Source: a virus (Duplodnaviria; Caudoviricetes). Taken from it: DNA of 31,067 nucleotides. The DNA is taken from IMG/VR virus record IMGVR_UViG_3300032324_000422, positions 1 through 31,067 of that record; one strand, written 5' to 3'. Below, piece after piece: positions 8,519 through 14,735 of the stretch. Under the pieces are notes generated by a model that saw nothing but the letters and a program-made list of their open reading frames with translations, did no database searches and had not been told where the DNA came from. The first letter of the stretch is position 1; every line of letters begins with the position of its first letter. A program made the translations under genes and the position numbers.

Positions 8519-9817
8519 TTAGAAGGTAAAGAAATTTTGTTTTAAGTCAAAATAGAATCGCATTGCTAAAGCATCGGAGTAATCGGGTGAATGGCCAATT
8601 AACTCCTTTACTTTTTCTTTTGGCAATATCCTTAACTTACCATCTTGGTCAATCTTATCTCTTTTAACTTGTTCTAACTCTTTGGTTATTATATCTTGTA
8701 CATCGGCATTATTGCAATCAATAAATAGTTTGTTGGATTGGATTAGTTCAGCCAGTTTATAATAGCATTGCGTTTTTAGGTTTTGATACTCGACATTATT
8801 GTTTTCTTCTTTTAATGCTTTTGAATTGTTTACAAATCCTTTGCAACGTACAATATCCACAACACCACCACCAACACCATCCTCATCGGCAACAACGTTA
8901 GACAATGGCACCCGATGTTTATTCATTAACGATTTGATTGCTTCAGCAGTTTCGGTAATACTTGATTTGTCTAAAGTAAATATCTCAATAACTCTGAAGC
9001 CACTCCAAACAAGTATAACCATCTTATCGCTTCCGTATCGAGCAATATCCGCACTAATATACATATCACCGGCATCAACAAAGTCATTCGTAAATATGTT
9101 CTGAATCTTATCAAAGTCGATAAGCCTTGCAGGATCATTGTCAAACTCCCAATTACCATAATACAATCTTTGTTTACTATTCTCATCCAATGCGAGTAAA
9201 CTATCTAAATAGGATGGAGGTAAGTTAGGATTGTCAGTTGGCAATGATTGTATAAACTTTCTCGTTTCGTTTATAGATCCGGCAGCAGTAGGAAGGTAAA
9301 ACTTTGAGTAAGTCCAGTTCTTTGCCGGGTTACACGTTCCTAATATCTTTGGAGTTAAATTGTATTCATTTAGTTTATATCTTATCCTGGATGTAACTAT
9401 TTGCCATGCCTTAAATGATATTTGATTGCACTCATCTATAAAGGCTCCGGTTATCTCTAACGAACCTAAACTATCAAAGTTTGGATCAGCGGGATAGGAA
9501 TATAGATCCTTTAATAATATTTCACTTCCATTGGTCCAGGTGATCACTCCAGTTTGACTATTGTAGTTATAGGAAGTAGATAGTTTTAAATTGGATGTAA
9601 GTTCAAAGAAAGTATTTAAAGTAGTTTCTTTTAATGTCTTTAACTTTGACCTTCCCATTAGCCAACGGGTGCCTGGATAAGTTTGACATTGTTCGATAAG
9701 CCATAAAACACCTAGAGCGGATTTGCCACCACCCGCAGCACCACCGTATAATATTTCTTTTGTTACATTATCTTTAAGATAATAAACAGCGTGTTCTTGC
9801 TTAATTAATAGTTTCAT
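8519..9817 (-). CDS. terL: Terminase large subunit
   Basis: Walker A YGGAAGGGKS, Walker B FIDE, TCNP coupling motif, nuclease-domain acidic motifs ADIARYGSD and SPDYSDAL. Confidence 0.95.
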   Translation of the reverse strand: MKLLIKQEHAVYYLKDNVTKEILYGGAAGGGKSALGVLWLIEQCQTYPGTRWLMGRSKLKTLKETTLNTFFELTSNLKLSTSYNYNSQTGVITWTNGSEILLKDLYSYPADPNFDSLGSLEITGAFIDECNQISFKAWQIVTSRIRYKLNEYNLTPKILGTCNPAKNWTYSKFYLPTAAGSINETRKFIQSLPTDNPNLPPSYLDSLLALDENSKQRLYYGNWEFDNDPARLIDFDKIQNIFTNDFVDAGDMYISADIARYGSDKMVILVWSGFRVIEIFTLDKSSITETAEAIKSLMNKHRVPLSNVVADEDGVGGGVVDIVRCKGFVNNSKALKEENNNVEYQNLKTQCYYKLAELIQSNKLFIDCNNADVQDIITKELEQVKRDKIDQDGKLRILPKEKVKELIGHSPDYSDALAMRFYFDLKQNFFTF

Positions 9818-10211
9818 TTGGTTTTATTCCACTACCTAAACTTATAACGTTTGTAGTGATTTCCCCGGAGTGTTCTTGCTGTACTTTATCGCCAAACATT
9901 TTAGGATAATATTTAGAAGCCTTCCATTTTAAAGTTTGGATTAATACGTTTGCTGTACTTGCATCATACAAACCATTTTTACAGCCTTCCCAAATTTCAT
10001 CGATTTGAGCATCTACACTTTCGCTTTTGTCTTGTATTGAATTTACATACAGGTTCGATAATTCTTGGTTTTCTCTTTTCCATTTACACCAAGTAGAAAA
10101 AGCGGGATAATTATCTTTGCTTTCTAAAATAGTTTTAATGTTTTCACCATCCGCAATTTTATTGCAAATCTCAATACATAAATCAAAATTATATTCGCTT
10201 GGTCTTGCCAT
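9801..10211 (-). CDS. terS: Terminase small subunit (Sf6-like)
   Basis: 'MARPSEY...EIC..IADG...P..ST..KW' HTH region and 'KW.ASK.YPKMFGDK' tail; overlaps terL start. Confidence 0.87.
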   Translation of the reverse strand: MARPSEYNFDLCIEICNKIADGENIKTILESKDNYPAFSTWCKWKRENQELSNLYVNSIQDKSESVDAQIDEIWEGCKNGLYDASTANVLIQTLKWKASKYYPKMFGDKVQQEHSGEITTNVISLGSGIKPNETIN

Positions 10212-10212
10212 T

Positions 10213-10647
10213 TTATATTAATTTACCAATTACTCCCAATTCTTTAATGACATCGGGATTATTATCATAATGCTTTGAAATGCCTAATTCCTTAATCTTT
10301 TCAATCTTTGCTTTATTACTTCCGGTTGCAAAAATTTGAAAATGTGGAATATTTAATTTGTCAGCTCTGCTATACATCATAGGTTTAAATGAACGAGCTG
10401 AAATAATATAAACAATATTACCTTTATTTATTTCATCTTTTGCTAACTGCATTCCTTTAGCTGTTGAAAGAGTTTCATCGTAATCAAATGAAACTTTAAT
10501 TTTTTCAGCTTTAGTTTCGGTCCAGGCTGATTGACAAACTGCATATCTTTGCTGTGTATCGTATTCATCATTCATTTTTTCATCCTCCATACATCTTTGA
10601 ATGAAGTCAGTTCTATTTTCGCCTGGAGTTGGATTTGGTATTGGCAT
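10213..10647 (-). CDS. HAD-superfamily phosphatase-like protein with a small N-terminal Cys-containing domain
   Basis: HAD motif I SFDYDETL, motif II IISAR, Lys motif and HYDNN motif IV. Confidence 0.65.
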   Translation of the reverse strand: MPIPNPTPGENRTDFIQRCMEDEKMNDEYDTQQRYAVCQSAWTETKAEKIKVSFDYDETLSTAKGMQLAKDEINKGNIVYIISARSFKPMMYSRADKLNIPHFQIFATGSNKAKIEKIKELGISKHYDNNPDVIKELGVIGKLI

Positions 10648-10720
10648 ATAATTTATTTAATACGTTAAACCTACTCTATTGCTAAAGTAGGTAAAGAGTA
10701 ACTTTAATTTAATACTCCCG

Positions 10721-10936
10721 CTAATTTTTATTAATTAAGTTTCTAATTGCTATATTCTTTTTAACCTCATCGTATAGTTCACCATTGAACTCTAATATGA
10801 AGTCAGTTCCGTTTAAAACTAAACACATTGATTCGCTGTCAATCACATAACAACCATTAACATCAGAGATAACGAAATCGAAGTTTAGGTATTCCTGATC
10901 ATGTTCTGTTTCAATTAAAACACGTGGTTGCTTCAT
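10721..10936 (-). CDS. Hypothetical protein
   Basis: 71 aa, first ORF of the leftward packaging transcript. Confidence 0.65.
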   Translation of the reverse strand: MKQPRVLIETEHDQEYLNFDFVISDVNGCYVIDSESMCLVLNGTDFILEFNGELYDEVKKNIAIRNLINKN

Positions 10937-10940
10937 ATAA

Positions 10941-10948
10941 CAAAGATA
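10941..10948 (-). promoter_or_regulatory. Leftward -7 element (TATCTTTG)
   Basis: caaagata 4 nt from the ATG at 10936, so the mRNA may be leaderless. Confidence 0.5.
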
Positions 10949-10970
10949 TAAAAAAATAATTAGTAAAATG

Positions 10971-11001
10971 TTTGGTAGTTTATTATAAATAACTATATTT
11001 G
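10971..11001 (+). promoter_or_regulatory. Rightward early promoter (TTTG-N19-TATATTTG)
   Basis: Full match to the Bacteroidota -33/-7 consensus. Confidence 0.8.
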
Positions 11002-11029
11002 TATACTATTAATTATTAAATCAAAAATT

Positions 11030-11116
11030 ATGAAATCATTTTTATCAAAACAGAAGTACCAAGTTTACGCAATTGGATTGATTGCAGTATATTTTTTAAC
11101 CCGATTTTTTTACTAA
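11030..11116 (+). CDS. Small membrane peptide (28 aa, MKSFLSKQKYQVYAIGLIAVYFLTRFFY)
   Basis: A-rich leader, first ORF after the promoter, hydrophobic C-terminal half; below the ORF-track cutoff. Confidence 0.55.
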   Translation: MKSFLSKQKYQVYAIGLIAVYFLTRFFY

Positions 11117-11122
11117 AACATT

Positions 11123-11722
11123 ATGAAAACAAAAATTGAAATTAAAAGTATTTTTGGTCATTTACTTTTTACTTACGAAGCAGAAAATGCAATTATTAAA
11201 GATGCTGTTGAACAAGCAGTAAAAGAAAAAGTTTCCTTATCTTGGTCTAACTTATCTTCGGCTGACTTATCTTCGGCTGACTTATCTTCGGCTGACTTAT
11301 CTTCGGCTAACTTACGTTCGGCTGACTTACGTTCGGCTGACTTATCTTCGGCTGACTTATCTTCGGCTAACTTATCTTCGGCTAACTTATCTTCGGCTGA
11401 CTTATCTTCGGCTAACTTATCTTCGGCTAACTTATCTTCGGCTGACTTATCTTCGGCTGACTTACGTTCGGCTGACTTATCTTCGGCTGACTTACGTTCG
11501 GCTAAAAATAAAGAAACTGCAAAGATACCGTTATTTTGTAAATGGGATTATTCAATTTTAGGAGATAAAATACAAATTGGATGCGAAAAAAGAACTATTG
11601 AAGAATGGGATAAGTTTTTTGCAAGTGAAGAAGTTTTATCAACTAAAAGAAATACAGAAGATTTTAAACAAATTGAAGCTATTTATAACGCTTGTAAAGC
11701 ATATTTAATAACATTATCATGA
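11123..11722 (+). CDS. Pentapeptide repeat protein
   Basis: Tandem A(D/N)L(S/R)S repeats with a C-terminal 'IQIGC...W' domain. Confidence 0.92.
   Translation: MKTKIEIKSIFGHLLFTYEAENAIIKDAVEQAVKEKVSLSWSNLSSADLSSADLSSADLSSANLRSADLRSADLSSADLSSANLSSANLSSADLSSANLSSANLSSADLSSADLRSADLSSADLRSAKNKETAKIPLFCKWDYSILGDKIQIGCEKRTIEEWDKFFASEEVLSTKRNTEDFKQIEAIYNACKAYLITLS
11236..11505 (+). repeat. 15-bp coding tandem repeat, 17 near-perfect units plus 1 degenerate unit
   Basis: Unit CTTA(TC/CG)TTCGGCT(G/A)A from 11251 to 11505; degenerate unit at 11236-11250. Confidence 0.95.
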
Positions 11723-11949
11723 GCATTAGAGCAAAACAAAAGTTCTATAACCAGGCTGTCACGCTTGGGATAGATTTGAAGGATTTGGATGTTGAGAAAT
11801 TAGACTTTTCAGCACCGGTTAAACACAAGAGCAGTTTTAAAAAACGAGCTTCAGAAATAAAGGAAATGTATAATTATAAGTTCCCCGCTTATGTAGAGCC
11901 TCGGAGTTTCGATTTCGGATTGTTTAATATTGAATTTACAAGAAAATGA
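11719..11949 (+). CDS. Hypothetical protein
   Basis: 76 aa, ATGA overlaps with both neighbours. Confidence 0.7.
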   Translation: MSIRAKQKFYNQAVTLGIDLKDLDVEKLDFSAPVKHKSSFKKRASEIKEMYNYKFPAYVEPRSFDFGLFNIEFTRK

Positions 11950-12269
11950 AAAGGTTAATATTAGATTCAATAAAGGATTTCTGTAATGAAAACTATAATT
12001 GGTTTGATTACTATATTAACTCCAAAGGCTTTGAAATTTACGATAATGATTTTAATTGCATTGCCGTAGTTGATTTTGAGGTTGAGGTTGAAGTGTATCG
12101 TAAGCCATGCACCGGTAATTATTTTAATCCTCCAGAGACAGGTGAATGTGATTTTATACTTTACGAAATTACTTTGCATGAAATATATAATTCAAAAGGA
12201 CAATTATTGCCAAACTATAAATTGAAACTACAAGAGGAATTGGATAACGTAAAAGGTAAAATAATATGA
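11946..12269 (+). CDS. Hypothetical protein
   Basis: 107 aa, translationally coupled by ATGA overlaps. Confidence 0.72.
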   Translation: MKRLILDSIKDFCNENYNWFDYYINSKGFEIYDNDFNCIAVVDFEVEVEVYRKPCTGNYFNPPETGECDFILYEITLHEIYNSKGQLLPNYKLKLQEELDNVKGKII

Positions 12270-12415
12270 AAAAAGAAAAAAATTTAGGAGGCAGACCTAA
12301 AGCATTTATTGACGATGTGGCGGTTGTTTTGCCTATTTCAGTTCCAAGTAAAGAGCGTGAAAGATTGCGGATCAAATGGAACAAAGATTTGGATGAATTT
12401 AGAATTAAAAAATAA
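12266..12415 (+). CDS. Small basic putative DNA-binding protein (49 aa)
   Basis: MKKEKNLGGRPKAFIDDVAVVLPISVPSKERERLRIKWNKDLDEFRIKK: GGRPK AT-hook-like motif then strand-helix (RHH-like); ATGA overlap; missed by the ORF track. Confidence 0.6.
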   Translation: MKKEKNLGGRPKAFIDDVAVVLPISVPSKERERLRIKWNKDLDEFRIKK

Positions 12416-12416
12416 A

Positions 12417-12447
12417 TTTGTTTATTAATTATAAATTACTATATTTG
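12417..12447 (+). promoter_or_regulatory. Early promoter (TTTG-N19-TATATTTG)
   Basis: Full consensus match and near-copy of 10971-11001. Confidence 0.8.
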
Positions 12448-12452
12448 TAACC

Positions 12453-12540
12453 GAGTTGGTCAGAACTCTAAACCGAAACATAACTAATTCCCTCTGACAC
12501 TACATACTGACCTATCTTTTGAAAGAGGGATTTTTTATTT
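12453..12540 (+). ncRNA. Putative kissing-loop leader/small RNA, copy 1
   Basis: Hairpin GAGTT-ggtcag-AACTC; hairpin TCCCTCT...ata-ctgacc-tat...AGAGGGA followed by a U-tract; loops GGTCAG/CTGACC are complementary. Confidence 0.55.
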
Positions 12541-12548
12541 AAACTATT

Positions 12549-12764
12549 ATGAAAACACTATTTGACAATTTAAAAGAAGAACACAAAGAGCAATTGGAAA
12601 AGATGGCAAAATTATATCCAAATTCCCATGCAAGATTGGTAAAAGCATTAGAAGAAAATTATGTTTATACATTGCTTACAGTATCAGATGCGTACAGCTT
12701 GGTAATGAACACTACTAACAAAAGCTTTAATATTATTAATTTATCAAACCTATTTTATGAGTAA
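12549..12764 (+). CDS. Hypothetical protein
   Basis: 71 aa with A-rich leader, follows RNA copy 1. Confidence 0.72.
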   Translation: MKTLFDNLKEEHKEQLEKMAKLYPNSHARLVKALEENYVYTLLTVSDAYSLVMNTTNKSFNIINLSNLFYE

Positions 12765-13200
12765 AGATTTATTCCAATTGATGAGAGAGCAGGAAATCCA
12801 AACACAGAACTTCCTGCCAAACAAAAAAGAGATCCAATTCTCTGCGACCAAATTTATAACTGATGTTATAGATGGAGGTGAAGTTGACAAGTACGAACTC
12901 CTGGCACAAGCTAAAAGAATGCAGGAAACACTTGACGTTATAACTGCTAAAATTTTAGAAGTAGTTCCACAAGAAAACTTTGAAGCTTTTGGCCTTAAAG
13001 GAACATTTAGAAATGGTGGCGAAACCATAAACTATAAAGATGATTTTAAATGGTCAGAAATCAAAGAAAAACTAAACAAAAGGGAAATGCTATTGAAGGT
13101 AGCGTTGAAGTCTAATTCAAGCATTTACGATGATGATGGGATTGAAGTTACACGAGTAAGCACATCACCACGCAAAGATACTTTAGCTATCTCTTGGTAA
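12757..13200 (+). CDS. Hypothetical protein (replication/recombination module)
   Basis: 147 aa, overlaps the upstream stop, helical and charged. Confidence 0.75.
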   Translation: MSKDLFQLMREQEIQTQNFLPNKKEIQFSATKFITDVIDGGEVDKYELLAQAKRMQETLDVITAKILEVVPQENFEAFGLKGTFRNGGETINYKDDFKWSEIKEKLNKREMLLKVALKSNSSIYDDDGIEVTRVSTSPRKDTLAISW

Positions 13201-13239
13201 TTAAGCAAAAAAATATTATATTAGCATATCATAATTAAC

Positions 13240-13272
13240 AGATGCAAGGTTCGGGCATCTTAATTCCGGACC
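13240..13272 (+). promoter_or_regulatory. Putative H-type pseudoknot in the leader of the SSB-like gene
   Basis: S1 AGATGC/GCATCT; loop GGTTCGG pairs with CCGGACC (13266-13272); promoter-like TATATTAG at 13217-13224. Confidence 0.5.
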
Positions 13273-13291
13273 ATAAATAAATAATTATATT

Positions 13292-14074
13292 ATGAGTACT
13301 TCAAACCGCAAACAAGCGTTTGCACAACCAGCAACAAACCCAGCCACTAAATTTATCGAGTGGAAATCAAACGACAAATGTTTTTCTTATTTTGACAAAG
13401 CAATCGCTGAATCTTTAAAAGGTTCTGATATTGATGTTATAAAAGAAAAAGCAAATGTATCAATTCCTTTACCATTTAAATTTTTAGTATTAGATGAGTT
13501 ATCATTTGTAAAAGGATGGAGCGATTCTTTAAGTGGTAACATTATTTCAAATGAAGTTAAATTTATTTCTAAAGAAACACTAACTGCTAAATGTTATCAT
13601 AAAAACATTAAAGGCGAAAATGCTACTACTGAAATTGCCAAAGGTTTATATAAAGACATTAAGGATCAAGTTGTGTCTGCCGGAGCAAAATATCACAAAT
13701 CTATTTATGTGATGTTAGAGGATGGCTCACTTGCAAATATTAAATTTAAAGGTGCTTGTGTTGGCAAATGGGCAGACTTTACACAAAAGACTCGCTCCAG
13801 GTTAGCAGATGAATGGATTGTTATAGCCAAAGCTGAAGATGGTAAAAAAGGAGCAGTTAAGTTTTCAACGCCAAGTTTTTCTTTTGGTAAATCTTTAAGC
13901 GAATCAGAAGCCAAACAAGCGGATGAGTGCTTTGATACATTGGAGGCATATCTTAAAACCTATTTAGTTAAACAAGATGTCAACGATATTGAGGTTGTTC
14001 TGAATGGTGACATAGCCAATGACTTTAATGAATCGCAAGAAGCTTCAGAGTTTGATGACGATTTAGATTTTTAA
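13292..14074 (+). CDS. Putative single-stranded DNA-binding protein
   Basis: 260 aa, aromatic/beta-rich core, acidic-aromatic C-terminal tail (SEFDDDLDF), upstream of origin and primase. Confidence 0.55.
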   Translation: MSTSNRKQAFAQPATNPATKFIEWKSNDKCFSYFDKAIAESLKGSDIDVIKEKANVSIPLPFKFLVLDELSFVKGWSDSLSGNIISNEVKFISKETLTAKCYHKNIKGENATTEIAKGLYKDIKDQVVSAGAKYHKSIYVMLEDGSLANIKFKGACVGKWADFTQKTRSRLADEWIVIAKAEDGKKGAVKFSTPSFSFGKSLSESEAKQADECFDTLEAYLKTYLVKQDVNDIEVVLNGDIANDFNESQEASEFDDDLDF

Positions 14075-14096
14075 ATAGCATTCAACACAACTAATT

Positions 14097-14123
14097 AAAC
14101 CACCTTAACCGGTGGTTTTTTTT
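14097..14123 (+). terminator. Intrinsic terminator
   Basis: aaaccacc-ttaacc-ggtggttt followed by a T-tract. Confidence 0.85.
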
Positions 14124-14146
14124 ATTTCAATACTTTAGTATTAAAT

Positions 14147-14340
14147 AGTACACTTTTTAAGCTATAAAGTACACATTAATTTATAAATGTGTACTGTTAT
14201 TAAAGTCAATAAATATAAGGGTTTACAATAAAATAGTACACATGTACACTTTAATTTGACTTTTTTCTAAAAAAATAAAAAAATAAAAAAAGTTTTTTTT
14301 CTATAATATATATAAGGCTCTCAATGTGTACTTGTGTACT
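14147..14340. repeat. Putative replication origin: 7 GTACAC/GTGTAC iterons around A/T tracts
   Basis: Copies near 14147, 14168, 14189(rc), 14235, 14243, 14326(rc) and 14334(rc); non-coding, upstream of primase-helicase. Confidence 0.65.
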
Positions 14341-14375
14341 TTTATAAATAAAGTTTTTTATATTGGTTTTTTTAT

Positions 14376-14383
14376 TATATTTG
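14376..14383 (+). promoter_or_regulatory. -7 promoter element TATATTTG for the replication operon
   Basis: Consensus match 4 nt before RNA copy 2. Confidence 0.7.
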
Positions 14384-14387
14384 TAAA

Positions 14388-14471
14388 TGTAGTCTGGTAG
14401 CTATAATTAAAATATTATCAATGCCTTATGCCAACCGACTACCAGCGGTGGGTGTAGGGCATTAACTTTTT
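14388..14471 (+). ncRNA. Putative kissing-loop leader/small RNA, copy 2
   Basis: TGTAG-tctggtag-CTATA; 13-bp stem 14420-14432/14451-14463 with four G-U pairs, topped by ACCG-actaccag-CGGT; loops CTGGTAG/CTACCAG are complementary. Confidence 0.65.
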
Positions 14472-14487
14472 AAAAAAAATAACAAAC

Positions 14488-14733
14488 ATGAAAATTTTAA
14501 GAACAGATGGTGGAGGTGAAAGCTTCACAGATGAAAGATTAAGAACTTTAAGAAAAATGTTATTACATTTTGAACTTAACAACATTTATTTATTACATGA
14601 CCATAAAGGTTTATTGACTGTTGTTTGGGATTCCATACCTAATGATTATGATAAAGAAAAAGTAAAAGATGCCTGGGCCTTTTTAAATGAGTATGAAATC
14701 GAACATAAAATTGTAACTTTTAAAGATTTATAA
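14488..14733 (+). CDS. Hypothetical protein
   Basis: 81 aa with A-rich leader, follows RNA copy 2. Confidence 0.72.
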   Translation: MKILRTDGGGESFTDERLRTLRKMLLHFELNNIYLLHDHKGLLTVVWDSIPNDYDKEKVKDAWAFLNEYEIEHKIVTFKDL

Positions 14734-14735
14734 TT

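Noticed and set aside
7106-9186. ORFs 7106-7309, 8799-9104 and 8971-9186
   Set aside because: Nested in or antisense to the capsid and terL genes, with no recognisable motifs.
10670-10710. Hairpin acctact...agtaggt as a terminator or fourth kissing-loop RNA
   Set aside because: Weak U-tract, no partner loop and no adjacent promoter.
11236-11505. Possible CRISPR array
   Set aside because: Units are contiguous 15-mers with no spacers and encode an in-frame pentapeptide repeat; no cas genes present.
13240-13272. preQ1 or SAM-II riboswitch
   Set aside because: Pseudoknot topology only; I could not see the conserved ligand-binding nucleotides, and the downstream gene is not metabolic.
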